From a virus (Duplodnaviria; Caudoviricetes): 50,919 nucleotides of DNA. Below the pieces are notes generated by a model that searched no databases, was not told where the DNA came from, and saw nothing but the letters and a program-made list of their open reading frames with translations. How positions within the stretch are numbered: position 1 is the first letter of the stretch; every line of letters begins with the position of its first letter. Of this stretch, positions 8,950-21,200 are shown one piece after another. A program made the translations under genes and the position numbers. The stretch is from IMG/VR virus record IMGVR_UViG_3300025168_000011, positions 1 to 50,919 of that record. One strand, written 5' to 3'.

Positions 8950-9323
8950 TTATTCAAGAAGCTCAAAGAAAATCTAATACGGAATACACCAGAGAGTTCA
9001 AGTATTCTAAAGATCACGACGCAGGCTATTCATTCCCATGCGATAGCAAAGGCAACCTTTTATCACTTCGCCCTGCTTCCCAGGAGAACTACAACAAGAT
9101 TCAACTCGGCCAGGAAGATGTGATTGATGAAGGAGTACACATTACTACATCCTGGTGGTGGGAGTCTGCTGTCGGCAAATGCGAATGCGGACGCAAGGTT
9201 ACCCTTAGCAACCCCCTGGACAACTTCTGCGCTTGTGGACTTTGTTTTAATTCATCCGGGCAACGTGTGACTCCATCCAGTGAGTGTGACGACCAGGGCA
9301 ACCCATACGACTTTGACTTTTAA
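8943..9323 (+). CDS. Hypothetical protein with a C-terminal Cys4 zinc ribbon
   Basis: CECG...CACG pairs. Confidence 0.7.
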   Translation: MVIIQEAQRKSNTEYTREFKYSKDHDAGYSFPCDSKGNLLSLRPASQENYNKIQLGQEDVIDEGVHITTSWWWESAVGKCECGRKVTLSNPLDNFCACGLCFNSSGQRVTPSSECDDQGNPYDFDF

Positions 9324-9324
9324 G

Positions 9325-9651
9325 ATGGCTCTTGATTACGAAAAAATAGGCAGAGAATCCAGGGAACGATTCAAGGTCACTTATCACAAAGCTTGTGAGT
9401 CATGGGGATTCTTTTTTGACAAGTTCTGGGGAACTACAGATCTGGAAGAACTGGAAAAGGTTTTAGATGGTGTTTATCAGAACTTCACAGTGAGTGTGAC
9501 CAGACAAATGATGACGAATGAAAAGCTGTCCTGGAGGCAGATAGAAATAATGAGTGGCATTTACGCAAGGAAGTTTGGACCAGAGGGCAGCAAATTATAC
9601 GGAGCTGCTCATGATGACTTTTATCACAGGCTCCATAATTCATATAAATGA
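9325..9651 (+). CDS. Hypothetical protein
   Basis: ATG immediately after the previous stop (MALDYE...). Confidence 0.65.
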   Translation: MALDYEKIGRESRERFKVTYHKACESWGFFFDKFWGTTDLEELEKVLDGVYQNFTVSVTRQMMTNEKLSWRQIEIMSGIYARKFGPEGSKLYGAAHDDFYHRLHNSYK

Positions 9652-9675
9652 TTGTGCCTACCTTTAAAGATTGAT

Positions 9676-9807
9676 ATGACATTTGAAGAATATATAGAAA
9701 TGAATGAATTCACTCCAATTGGTGGTGATTATTACGTGGATGCTGGTGGTGGAGTTTACCACGAGACAAACATCGAGGACGAAATGAAAGCTGAATACCC
9801 AGAATAA
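9676..9807 (+). CDS. Small acidic 43-aa protein (not in ORF track)
   Basis: MTFEEYIEMNEFTPIGGDYYVDAGGGVYHETNIEDEMKAEYPE*; fills the gap in the operon. Confidence 0.6.
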   Translation: MTFEEYIEMNEFTPIGGDYYVDAGGGVYHETNIEDEMKAEYPE

Positions 9808-9818
9808 AAAAGAATCTT

Positions 9819-10034
9819 ATGAAAAAACCCAAACAATCATACGTCAAAGCAAAAGCAGGCAGGCTTCATGCCGAGGAAATACTTAAAGCCCTGGAAAGGA
9901 CCAGAGAAAAACTTGAGGATAGCATGAAGGAAATAGATGACCGGATTGTAGAAGTCGTCCAAGAGAGAAAAGAGTTCGAACGCCTGGAAGAAAAATTATT
10001 AAAGGAAGTAGTTCCCCAAGCCTGGCATGGATAA
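9819..10034 (+). CDS. Hypothetical coiled-coil protein
   Basis: Heptad-rich 71-aa ORF. Confidence 0.65.
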   Translation: MKKPKQSYVKAKAGRLHAEEILKALERTREKLEDSMKEIDDRIVEVVQERKEFERLEEKLLKEVVPQAWHG

Positions 10035-10365
10035 TAATGAATTTGAAATTGTCTCCGGCAAAAATACCCCATCCAATGATGGTGATGGCAGTAATTTTTA
10101 CGTGGTTGAACCAATTAAAAAAACTAAAGAAAAAATGGAAATTAAAGTACTCAAAACTAAAGAAGAACAGCCTTCGCTCCAGGAAGCCCAGGAATATGTG
10201 GGTGGACTAGTGCAATTGCTACCAATAGAGAATGACGCACAAATGCTAGTCAATGAAGAGGGGCTAATGCATGAGTTTGAAGTTAATTACCCGGCATCTT
10301 TCGCAGCAGGCCAGGTAATACTTGGGCCAGCTATGATCCTGGAAGGCGAAGCAAAGTGGGATTAA
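10027..10365 (+). CDS. DUF3846-like protein
   Basis: LQEAQEYVGGLVQ...LVNEEGL....VN..AS......ILG motif. Confidence 0.75.
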   Translation: MDNNEFEIVSGKNTPSNDGDGSNFYVVEPIKKTKEKMEIKVLKTKEEQPSLQEAQEYVGGLVQLLPIENDAQMLVNEEGLMHEFEVNYPASFAAGQVILGPAMILEGEAKWD

Positions 10366-10388
10366 AACATTAGTATTTCATGTTGGTT

Positions 10389-10422
10389 GCCTCCTCCTGG
10401 GAAACTGGGAGGGGGCTTTTTT
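10389..10422 (+). terminator. Rho-independent terminator ending the early operon
   Basis: GCCTCCTCCTGG-gaaa-CTGGGAGGGGGC followed by a T-run. Confidence 0.85.
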
Positions 10423-10572
10423 ATGCTTATTTCCTAACGCAATCTAAGAGGCGCAATCTTAATATGCCCTTTTGCACCCCTTGAAAAGGGCAGGTTAACT
10501 CTTTTTGTTAAGTTTTGTTGACCTTTTTGTGTCCATGTACGAAACTAGACACAGTTGCCTAGGGGTATAATT

Positions 10573-11319
10573 ATGGCGATTCGATCTATATATAAAAAGA
10601 AGACCAATCCTATGAATGGAATGGGGCCTCTTCCTAGAGGAATGCAATCGATGAATCCCATGACACCGAGGCCCGGCAAACGACCATTGATAAGATCACC
10701 TCAACCTCATACTACCTATAAACTTGCAGTTCCAGGTAGGAAGTTGAAACAAAGGGGAAAAGCGATAATTGATACCGACCCGTACAGAACATCATTAAAG
10801 GCCCTACAAAGAGGGACCAATCTCCCGATACAATTGGTCGGAGGCGAGGTACGAGGACATGGTGCATCAAGCGCAAGCAGAGCCAGGCAAAAACAAGCTG
10901 ATCAGCAGGAGATGATAAACAAGGCATTACGCAATGCCAACAAAGCTCCCAGGCAAATAAGACCAGCTGGTGTTGCCGACCAGGAACCCCTCATGAATCA
11001 AGCTCAGGTCAATAATGCCGATCTTGCACAAATTGAAAAATTGAATGAGGGATTGGGTTTAGCTGGACTAGTAGGCAACAAAGGTGATATGGGTCCACCT
11101 GGAGGAGGAGCAAGCTCAGGAAGTGGGTCTAGTGGAATGACTGAAGAAGAAGAGATTGCAAAAATTAGAAAGCTCAACAAAGAGGTTGGAGCTGACCCAA
11201 AGTTTCAAAGAGGCAACAGAAAAAGACCAACTGCAACAACACCTGTCAGGAGAAAATCAGCAAGCCCCAGGGTGTATATGCCTGTCCTGGATTACCGGAG
11301 AAAGCGATACCCCTTTTAA
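10573..11319 (+). CDS. Hypothetical basic, low-complexity protein (possible internal virion protein)
   Basis: R/K/P/G-rich; ATG at 10573 lies just after TATAAT. Confidence 0.6.
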   Translation: MAIRSIYKKKTNPMNGMGPLPRGMQSMNPMTPRPGKRPLIRSPQPHTTYKLAVPGRKLKQRGKAIIDTDPYRTSLKALQRGTNLPIQLVGGEVRGHGASSASRARQKQADQQEMINKALRNANKAPRQIRPAGVADQEPLMNQAQVNNADLAQIEKLNEGLGLAGLVGNKGDMGPPGGGASSGSGSSGMTEEEEIAKIRKLNKEVGADPKFQRGNRKRPTATTPVRRKSASPRVYMPVLDYRRKRYPF

Positions 11320-11339
11320 CAATTTAACAAAACAAACAA

Positions 11340-11723
11340 ATGTATAATTTTACAAGAACAATTGATGGTGATCCCATTACAGCACACGAAGGAGTAACTC
11401 AGATTCAATCATTACCTGACTTCACTAAAGAGAGTAAGTACGTAAGGATCACGTTACAAGCCAACACACAACACTCAATAGTGTTGCCTGAAAATTCAGT
11501 CGGCTTTGAAATAGACACAGATGTTGATGACATTTTAATGACTATTGACGATGCAGGCGCATCAGGAATTGCAAGTAAACTCACAGCACAATCAATTACT
11601 GAAAGTAACTTTTCTCCCGGTATGTTAGCTCCTGTAGATCGCAAGAGTTTTACAGTAGGAAGTAACAAAATTCTTTATATGCGTTCGGCTACAGGCGGTG
11701 ACGTAAACATTTACACGTTTTAA
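11340..11723 (+). CDS. Small virion structural protein
   Basis: Beta-rich 127 aa, coupled to the fibre gene. Confidence 0.6.
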   Translation: MYNFTRTIDGDPITAHEGVTQIQSLPDFTKESKYVRITLQANTQHSIVLPENSVGFEIDTDVDDILMTIDDAGASGIASKLTAQSITESNFSPGMLAPVDRKSFTVGSNKILYMRSATGGDVNIYTF

Positions 11724-14434
11724 TGTTTAGAGGCACGAGGATAGATTCTTCTCGCTCTGGAGACAAACGAGCGTCTGGTAGAGACGAGGGACGGTTACCT
11801 AATGTTCTTCGCAGGGATTACAATTTTCTGTCAGGAAAACTGCATCCTGACATTACTTTTACGAGAGCGAGTAACGCAACTCAACGAAATAAGGATGGAA
11901 AGATCTGTTATGCTCCCAACAACTTATTTTCCTATTCTGAGGCTTTTAATCTTTCCGATTGGGTTAAGTATAATGCTACTGCTACTGCTTCAACCATAAC
12001 CGACCCCTTTGGTGGAACTGGAGCTTTTAAAATGGCTGAAGCTTCAACAACAGCAACCAACTCAAAGAAAATGTTGGACGCTTTGGATGTTACATCTAGC
12101 CCAAGCGGATCGATCCTTCTTTATAGTGTTTATGCTAAAAAAGGAGAACTTGATATATTACAATTAATAATAGCAGATGGGGCTACGTATGTGGGAGGAG
12201 TCAATCACGCAAACTTTGATTTAACAAACGGAACGGTGACGGCAACAGGTGGAACTATCGTTGCAAAAATAGAAAACATTTCTGATGGTTGGTTTAGGTG
12301 TTCAATAAGTGTCACCATAGACGCAGCAGGAGTACCCCATCCCAGAATAGGAATACAAAGTAGCCCTACTGCTGCTAGGGATGGGACGTATGCAGGAAAC
12401 GGCACTGATGGTCTTTACATATTCGGGGCAATGACCGAACAGACTTACGATAAAAATGCTTCACCTTCTGCTTACTTAAAATCATCAGGTGGTGCAAAGT
12501 ATGGTGCGAGGCTAGATTTTGATCATGCTGCAAGTCAGTCAACTGACGTTACAGAATCAAACGCTCTTGGCTTCCTTGTGGAAAAAGCCCGAACCAATTT
12601 ACAGTCAAACTCAAATCTCTGGGCAACAGCTTCCCATGGCGTAAACAATTTCAATACGATAACAAACAACTCTGCAATTTCACCCACAGGTCAAACGGAC
12701 GCATGGACTGGAGTATGTCATGATACAGGTGGAGCCGCACGACACGAATTTTATACACGATTCAACAAAGCAAACGCCACTCAATACACCCACAGCCTTT
12801 ACATAAAACCATTCGGAACTGTTACTCATTTAAAGGGATCTGATAACGGAAGTACATCAAGGGCTGCTTGTTTTGATTTGGTTAATTGTCAGATTGTTTC
12901 TAATAGCCTCAACAACCAAGGAGCCACTATTGAAAATGTTGGAAATGGTTGGAGAAGAGTTAGTTTCACTTTTACAAGCGTATCAGCTGTTACTGATAGC
13001 TACGTCTATTGGGCTGTCGGAGATGCAGGAAGCTTAGTTGCGGGAAGCTCACTCTTTGCAAACTACAATCCTGGAAATGGCCAAGGAGTTTTTGTCTGGG
13101 GGGTTCAGCAAGAGGCAGGTTCCTTCCCAACATCGCTCATACCAACCGACGGATCAAGTGCCACAAGAGCTGCCGATGTAGCTAAAGTAGATGGTCTTGC
13201 GTTCAGTAGATTTTATAAACAAGGAACTGGAGGTGCTTGGCTTGTTGACTCAACAGAATTAGCTGAAGATAGAACCACTCAATCAAGTCCATTCCTAGTA
13301 TACGAAAGCGAAAACTCTAGGTTGAGGGTAGGCCCAAAAGTTGGTGGAGGAGCTACCAATGCAATTGCGGTCTATTACCAAGATGGTGGTGATATGATTT
13401 ACAGCGCAGGGGCGTTAGGAACTGTTACCAAGGGTGTCAAGTCTAAGCTAGGTATTACCTTTCAAACAAACGACGGAGCCTTTACTCGTGATGGGAACAC
13501 ACCGAATACCGACACAAGTATTGCAAATATTTATTCGCCAACTGAATTAAGACTTGGGGACAACGGAGCAGGTACTACAGTCTTTTGTGGTCACATAGCT
13601 AGAGTTCGTTACTTTAATAAAAGAATTTCAAACAACAAACTAAAGAAAGAAACAGATACACCTTTCTTATTGAACAAATATCCTAGAGCAAAAGCAGCAC
13701 ACTCTCTTAGAGCCTTGATGGACGATTCAGCTAACAGTCCATGTGCCAGAATCAGAAGATCAAGTGATAATGCAGAAGCTGATTTTACTCCTTCTGAAAT
13801 AACTGATGGAACGCTTACAACTTGGACAGGAAATAATAATGGCTTCATAAATAGTCTATACGACCAGACAGGAAATTCTTGTCACGCAACACAAGATACT
13901 GCTGCTAATCAGCCTCAGATCGTTTCTTCTGGCGCCTTAATAAAGTCAGGTAATCATCCTGCTTGGGAACATCAAAATGTAAACCCTCAACAATTCTTAA
14001 AATTCCAAGGACTCGCTAACCAATCACCACTGGATTCATTCTATGTGGTTGAAGCTAATGACTCCACTTATACTTACCCATCAGGACAATCAGGAGGCTA
14101 TTACGGCTTCATTGTCACAGATGGAGCCTCAAGTGATACAAATAAATTTAACAGTTATGGTTCGCCAACTCTTGAAGTGAATGGCTCTGAAGTATCTCAA
14201 GCTAATCGTGATGAGATACATGATTCATTGAATGGTAGAAAACTTGTTTACCATCGAAATGGCGCTACGGCTTCGTGGACAGAGGTTAAGATTGGACAGT
14301 ATTCTACAAACACAGACAGTACGTTCTCTTTAAGCGGTCATAAGTTCAGTGAAATAATCTGGTACAACTCCGATCAACACAGCAACCAGTCAGGCATCGA
14401 AAGCAACATAAACACTCATTATAACATTTATTAA
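11723..14434 (+). CDS. Fibre/spike receptor-binding protein with tandem carbohydrate-binding-like and LamG/ConA-like domains
   Basis: ITFTRASNAT; two NL...GW(F/R)R(C/V)S...(Y/V)(I/W)G..E repeats; PTSLIPT...TRAAD; C-terminal AAHSLR...RIRRSSDNAEADF...YDQTGN module. Confidence 0.8.
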   Translation: MFRGTRIDSSRSGDKRASGRDEGRLPNVLRRDYNFLSGKLHPDITFTRASNATQRNKDGKICYAPNNLFSYSEAFNLSDWVKYNATATASTITDPFGGTGAFKMAEASTTATNSKKMLDALDVTSSPSGSILLYSVYAKKGELDILQLIIADGATYVGGVNHANFDLTNGTVTATGGTIVAKIENISDGWFRCSISVTIDAAGVPHPRIGIQSSPTAARDGTYAGNGTDGLYIFGAMTEQTYDKNASPSAYLKSSGGAKYGARLDFDHAASQSTDVTESNALGFLVEKARTNLQSNSNLWATASHGVNNFNTITNNSAISPTGQTDAWTGVCHDTGGAARHEFYTRFNKANATQYTHSLYIKPFGTVTHLKGSDNGSTSRAACFDLVNCQIVSNSLNNQGATIENVGNGWRRVSFTFTSVSAVTDSYVYWAVGDAGSLVAGSSLFANYNPGNGQGVFVWGVQQEAGSFPTSLIPTDGSSATRAADVAKVDGLAFSRFYKQGTGGAWLVDSTELAEDRTTQSSPFLVYESENSRLRVGPKVGGGATNAIAVYYQDGGDMIYSAGALGTVTKGVKSKLGITFQTNDGAFTRDGNTPNTDTSIANIYSPTELRLGDNGAGTTVFCGHIARVRYFNKRISNNKLKKETDTPFLLNKYPRAKAAHSLRALMDDSANSPCARIRRSSDNAEADFTPSEITDGTLTTWTGNNNGFINSLYDQTGNSCHATQDTAANQPQIVSSGALIKSGNHPAWEHQNVNPQQFLKFQGLANQSPLDSFYVVEANDSTYTYPSGQSGGYYGFIVTDGASSDTNKFNSYGSPTLEVNGSEVSQANRDEIHDSLNGRKLVYHRNGATASWTEVKIGQYSTNTDSTFSLSGHKFSEIIWYNSDQHSNQSGIESNINTHYNIY

Positions 14435-14439
14435 AAGAC

Positions 14440-14796
14440 ATGGCATATCTAATATTTGAATCAAAAGAAGAGGCACAAGCTCGAAGCGAACAGGCAGCAC
14501 AACAAAAGAACACTTCCTATTGGTCTACAGGATCAGGAACCAGATTTTGGTGGGGATGGTCTATTGAAGGCTCCGAAGAAGATCCTAGAGCATTCATTGA
14601 GATACAAAAGAACACTTGGACAGACGAGGTAACTGAAGAAGAGAATACAAGCATTCCTGACGAAGCTCTACTTACTGAAGAAGAGATAGCGTCCCTTTCG
14701 GATACATTGCCTGATGACTGGGTGTTTCCACCGGACCCTACTATAGAGATTGAAGACACTGATGATGAAGAAGAAGACCCACCGCTTGACGACTAA
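14440..14796 (+). CDS. Acidic fibre-associated protein (possible chaperone)
   Basis: YLIFESKEEA...TRFWW; follows the fibre gene. Confidence 0.6.
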   Translation: MAYLIFESKEEAQARSEQAAQQKNTSYWSTGSGTRFWWGWSIEGSEEDPRAFIEIQKNTWTDEVTEEENTSIPDEALLTEEEIASLSDTLPDDWVFPPDPTIEIEDTDDEEEDPPLDD

Positions 14797-15246
14797 ATGA
14801 GAGACATACTTTTAAAGTTTGATTCCAAAGAACAGTCTGTCACCTTCGCCGAAGAGAACGGATTCACTTCCATTGTTGAAGCTGAAGGCGAGGAAAAGAT
14901 TAACATCATTGAGCAGGGAGAGGATTACGCATTCACAATCATTGGTGATCACTGGATTGATACAGGTGAAACTGAGACATTCAAAGACGATGATGGTACT
15001 GAACATGAAAGTAAGATCATGGTAAGTGATGAGGCTTGGTGGGTACTATTCAGAGACATGGGAGATAGAGATATGACTCCTGCTGAGGACTTTATCGTGT
15101 GGCACAGCGATATGCGTGAAAAGGTCCGTGCCAGAGATGAAGATGGCACTTTTGAATCCGATGACCCAGAAACACCAGAGGATGAGGCTTGGATTGAACA
15201 AGCTGTCCCCCGCCCTGCTGATGCGCCTGATCGAGTGTTTTGCTAG
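14797..15246 (+). CDS. Acidic fibre-associated protein
   Basis: DILLKF...P..PDRVF ends with an internal RARDEDGTFESDDPETPEDEAW motif. Confidence 0.6.
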   Translation: MRDILLKFDSKEQSVTFAEENGFTSIVEAEGEEKINIIEQGEDYAFTIIGDHWIDTGETETFKDDDGTEHESKIMVSDEAWWVLFRDMGDRDMTPAEDFIVWHSDMREKVRARDEDGTFESDDPETPEDEAWIEQAVPRPADAPDRVFC

Positions 15247-15284
15247 TGGCATGACACAACCTTTTATGGTAGACTCGTATAGAT

Positions 15285-18200
15285 ATGGCTAGACCTAGAA
15301 AAAACCCATTTGGAGAAAGAAAAGACACTGGCATAGGTTATGACGGAACTAGGACTAATAACCCATATGCCAGGCCAACTAAAAGTAGTAAAAGGCGCAA
15401 TCAATGGGATTTAGCCGACCAGGCTAATATTGTATTTGAGCAAAAGCAGGAAGCCAAACGTAGGGCAGAAGAAGCGAGGAAAAGAGCAGCTGATGCACGT
15501 AAGGCCAGCGAGGAGAGAGCCAGGAAGAGAAAACAAGAAGAACAATGGATTTTCAACAATCCTGAGCAACGAGATAAGGTTGCTGACTTCCATTGGGATA
15601 AGAATGGCATGAATGTCATGTACAAGGACCGGGAGTCATTAGGTTTTATTGAAAATAGACAAGGTCAAGTTAACGAAAAGATTAGAGACAAAAATGGTAA
15701 GATAACTTACCAGGATCCCCTTAAAGATAAGAATTACAAAACCGACAAGCGCACCGGAGAAGACTTTGTTATGGCAAGAGTGCCAGGACAAAAGCAGTTA
15801 CAAAAGACAACACTGCGTACTAATCTAAGACTTAGAAACAAGTATCTCCAGGAAAAATCAATAGCAGAATTAAATGCCCAGAAAGAACTTCGTGAGCAGC
15901 AGTCTAGAGAATTAGATCAAGACAAAAAAGAAGTTGTCCAGAAGTTAAGCAGGGCGCAGAAACTTCTCCAGGAGGAAGAAAGACGTCTTAAGGAAAGTAG
16001 CAGAGGAAATACAAAGGGAATTGATGTTAAGGGTAAGGAAGATGAGGTTAATAGACTTGACCAGGAGTTTAGAAAAATTCAGGACCAAGAAAACAAAGAA
16101 TCTCGATCATTCCTGGAATTGCAGAAAAAAATTACCAGGATGCAGACGAACCTGGATCTGCACGAGTTTGGACTTAAATTTACTGAACAAGCTGCGAATA
16201 CAGATACGACACAGCCTGCCAAGACAGCTACTGAAGACCAGCAAAATAAACGAGGAATCAATGGCTCCTGGTATGATGCAGACGACTACGAAGGTTTATA
16301 TTCATCTGGGGACAGCGTATTTCCTACACAACACCCAACTGTAGCTAACGATGATGGAACCTTTAGTAACGTAAAGACCATCACTACTGAGATAGATGGT
16401 AAACACTATGTTATTCCGTCTATGGTTGCAGGCCAACAAGTTGACGAAGATGTAGCAGTGCAGACAGCCATTGAAAATGGTTTAGAAAACTACCCATCAT
16501 TTGATGATTCTAATGAAGCTTTGGATATGTCCAGATTCCTTCATGACAAAGTGGATGAGTCAGGTAATTACGTTGGACCAGACAAAATTAGGACTAAAGC
16601 AGCAACTCTTAATGCTACTCCCAAACAGGATGCTACTGATGAGGATAACGAAATACAGGCGATAGGTAATGCTGTAGAAAATAACACATCAGCACTAAAG
16701 AGTGAGCAGGCAATAGCTGAGTACAATGTCAGCAAAGATCCATCTGAAGCAAACGTCCAAAAGGTTCAGAAGGTAAAAGAGAAGATTGAGCAGAGAAAGC
16801 CTGTAGCGACGTTAGACACAATTTCTAAGCTTGGACCTAAAGGTCAGCCTGCCGGAGCCTCCTTGGCACAAATGTTAGCCAACAATGCTGACATGATGGA
16901 TGTAATGAAACAGGCAGAGATTTTACTTAAGGGTAAAGATCCTGGTTGGGTATTACACAAACAAAATCAAGAAGCTTTACAGTTAAAAACTGAAGAGGTT
17001 TACAAAGAACTACAAGCTGATTTGGGATATAAGTATTACGGGTTCAGCCACGAGAAAATTGAGCCAGTCTTGGCATTGTTATCACCAAAGACTGCACCAA
17101 TTGTTTTTGGTTACGAAGAAGGGCAAGAAAAGCCAACTGATTATCCAGAATTCATGGATGCTAAGATTGAGCAAAATGCCTTCAAAGCACTGAATGATTA
17201 CGCATCCTTTCACGGCATGGAGGATTTTGTTGAAAAAGGAGCAGTCCAAAAGAAAGCCCTTAACGATAGGGAAAAAGCATCTTTAGCCATATATCTCAGT
17301 AAAACGCTTAAGCGAGATATTGAAAAACCTGAAGGGTTTGAAGGACCGATGAAAGACACTGCCAAGGCAGCAAGATGGTTCGATGACAATGTTGACTTAG
17401 ATGCATACGCAAATGCCAGGAACAAGATCAATAATTTAAATCAGACATGGAGTGACATAGTTGGCATAGGATCACAATTTACACACATTCCTATAGATTA
17501 TAAGACCAAGCTTGGATTCCAGGTAAGAAAGAAGCCAGGGACAACTAACACTTATGAGTACAAGTTAGATCCAGGTTTATCCAAAAACCCTGAGAAGATT
17601 TACGAACAAGAGACTGATACATTTCTGACTGATGATGGAGGGATTGATGAAAGACACTTTAACTTCGTTATCAATAAGGTTGATGCCTACAGCGATGTGG
17701 GTCCACTCAAAGACAGTTGGTTTAGGTTTAGTAAGAGCTTTACCAAAGGAATTTCAGCAGCAGCCCTTTTTCCTTTCCAAACAGCAGCCACTGTATGGGG
17801 AAGTGATAATGCAGAAGAGTTCGTCAGGGAAAAGAGAGATGCCTGGTTCAAGTTATTAGATGACGCTGCTCCAACGAGTGTCGCTACAGATTTAAAATCC
17901 CAATACAATACTTGGTTAAGAGTAGGAGTAGGAGCTGTTGATGCAGCAGGCCAACTTTTGACATTCCACGTAGGAGCATTAGCTGCCGGAAGATACATCA
18001 CTGGTGGTGCTTTAGTCCCCACAGGTGCTGCTGCGATAGTACCAGGTACTAAGGTTATCAGTAAGATACCAATGCCGAAGGCTGCCGGAACCGCTGTTGG
18101 AAAAATACCAGGCGTTAAATGGTTAAACAGTAAACCTATTTTACGAACTGAGATAGGAGCGAGAACTGGTTATGCTATTGGAGGTTATTACAGCAACTAT

Positions 18201-21200
18201 GCCATGCAAATGGATGCCATGTTGTCTGAGGCCATTGAGAATGGCATGGACCCGGAAACAGCGTTTAAAGAGCTATGGTTGCCAGGAATGGCAATTTCAG
18301 GAGTTGATACGGCTTCTGATTTATTCTTATTGCGTGGTGGTGAAGTCTTAAAAAGCATCATACCAAAAGCAGCTTATGATAAGTTACTCAGTACTTCTGC
18401 GGGAAGAGTTAGTGGTGCATTAAGTAACTACGTTGCCAAGATGCAAACTGAAGGAATGACTGAGGCTGGTCAAACCATGTTGGAAAACCTGATTGCAAAA
18501 GGTGACATTGATGATTTTTTTGGTGTAGGCTATGATCCTGATAGGGACTTAGATGAAGGCGTATCAGATGCTTACTGGATAGGTTCGATTGTTGCTGGAG
18601 GTGTCGGTGGTAAAGCCTTAGTGGGAGAGTCAATAAGTGCTAGGTCACAAGCTAGAGAATACCTGGAGAATAAGCGTGGACTTGAAAAAGTTAACAAGGC
18701 AGCTAACGGAGGACAAGCAGCTAAGAATAACCTTAACGATGAGACAGGTCAGGAAAATACAAACTCTGACTTGCATGACCAGACAAAGACTTACAACACA
18801 AATACTAATAGCAGTTTACATGGAATTCTTAAGTTAGATCCGAATGGTATTGGTGGCATTATAGCTAATACAGGGACCAACAGAACTACTCAGGATGATA
18901 TTATCCATGGCATTATCCAGGGAGGTGATCCAGTCTATGGTGCTATAGGTATTGGTAATGCCTTTCCAGATTTACAAATACTTAGCAACAAAGAGATTAG
19001 CGAAATACGTGATCTTGTTAACCAAGACACGCAGGCTACACCAGAGCAAATGGACCAGGCTATTGCAGCCTTGGAAGGTGCAGTATTTATTGCTAGGGAA
19101 GTCGAGAGTATCCTGGATACAGGACAAGCGACCCAGGACATATTTGTTGAGCCACTTATCGATCTAGGAATTGTCATCCGGGACCAGGATGGAAAGCTTA
19201 AGGTCAATACAGTAGCAGGCCGATTACTACCCCCTGCTCTTAGATCCAGGTTGGAACAAGAAGCTTCTCCTGAAGGCGATGGTAATGTTGAAACACCTAC
19301 ACAGGGGTCAACACAATCAGGTCAAAAAGTAGATGATCTTATTAACCAGGGTAAAGAAACTTTCGATCAAACTGCTGAGTCAATTGCAAATCAGGACAAC
19401 CTTAATTTCTACGAAATTGCTATCGGTGGAATGGTCGTACCTTACAAAGCTGAAAGCATGGAGGCTGCCCAGGAGTATGCTGAGAAGCTAGCACGAATCA
19501 GAGGAACGGACGAAGTTCCAGTTACTACTGAGGTAAATCCTTCAGAAGACTTACCTGAGCTTAAGCCTGGCAAAAAGGTAGAGCCTGAGCAAAGCCCATT
19601 AATAAAAACTAAGGGCAATATTGAGCTTACTGAGGCTGAGTATAGGGCTGAGGTAGAAAAAACTGCGTCGCAGAAAACGGTAGAGCAATTGGAGCTACAA
19701 AAAGAAATAGCCGAGAATGAAATTAAAGTAGGGAATGAGGAAGTAGCAAGAAGAGCAAAAATAGAACTTGAGCTTACTAACGCTGAGTTAGCAAAACGTC
19801 AATCTCAAGAGGCACAGGATGTAGATTTAACTGAACAATCAGAAACGCCAACCACACAAGAAAATGTACAAGACAACCCAGATTCCGAAACAGTCGAAGA
19901 TCAAGACTTACGCAAGCGAGAGGAAGAAAAAGAAGAAGAATCCGTTCAAGAAGAAGATGCGCCCAGTGAAGAGCGGGTACTGACCTCACCGTTAAAGCTT
20001 CCAGTTAAGGAACAACAACAAAAAGTAGATTCCTTCAATGAGGGTTCTGGTAAAGCAAATGTCGAAGTTGCTGACCTGAACGACCCTGAAGTAGCTGAGA
20101 AAGTTGACTCAGACTTCCTGGTAGCATTTGAGGAGGCTACAGGAGCGGAAGTAATCGTGGTTCAATACCAGGACGATGTTGCTAATATACCAAGTGATCA
20201 GAGATTTGGGGGTGTAGTCCCAGGAAGAGAGAAAAACACGATTATCGTTAATGCTGATGCCAGCCTGGACAAGATTGTGTACGCAGGCCACGAGCTTGCA
20301 CACACCATCAAGAAGACTGACAAAAAGCTATATGATAAGCTAAAGAAAGTTCTTAAGGACAACCTCAAAGCCTACCCACTTATTATGCAGTCAGTGTATA
20401 AACGTGGCTATGCTGATATGGGTAAGGAACAAGGACTCTCAGATGTAGAAATTTGGGAAAACTTGGAAGAGGAAGCAGTAGCTAATATCATGGGTGATTT
20501 ATTCCAGGACAAAAAGTTCTGGGATATGGTCAACGGCAAAGATAGATCACTTGGTGGTAAGCTAATTGATGCCTTCTTTAGGTTCCTAGATTCCCTGGGA
20601 GAAAAGATTAGTGGATCGACTAAGAAAAACTTTAACACTCGGTCTGCATTAGACAACATCGATGGCATCAGAAAAGGATTTGCTGAGGTAATTAGGGAGT
20701 CAAAGAACGCTAAAAGATTCAAGAAGTCACAGGGATACGCTGAAGCCTTTAATGAGGCAGATACGACCACACAAGCTCAACCAGAGCCTGCACCACAGCA
20801 AGAGACAGCGACGCAAATGAATCTATTTGCAGTGGATCCTAGAACAGAAGCTGAGTATCTAAGGTTAGCTAAGAAGCCAAAGAAGAACGAGAAGGCTCTA
20901 CAAAAGTTAGTAGATAAGACAGCTAAGAAGGCAGGATATGAAATTCAAGCGTGGCATGGGGGTCACATGAATCCAAAAACATTTTCAGAGTTCAATCCAG
21001 ATTTAATTGATTCAACCAATGATTTAGGAGCAGGATTTTATTTTTCTAGTTCAAAACAAGACGCTGAAGCGTATGACTACAATCTTGAATATGACAGTGA
21101 TGGGAATCAGTTGAGTGTTGATGATTTAATGGCAGGAAAAGAAGGTAGTCCGACTGTTATACCAACTTTTCTTAAATTTAACAATCCTTATACTATTGGT

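Noticed and set aside
10438-10490. CGCAATCT direct repeat and GCCCTTTT/AAAAGGGC hairpin as a distinct element
   Set aside because: Short, and not repeated elsewhere as far as I can see; not distinguishable from ordinary intergenic structure
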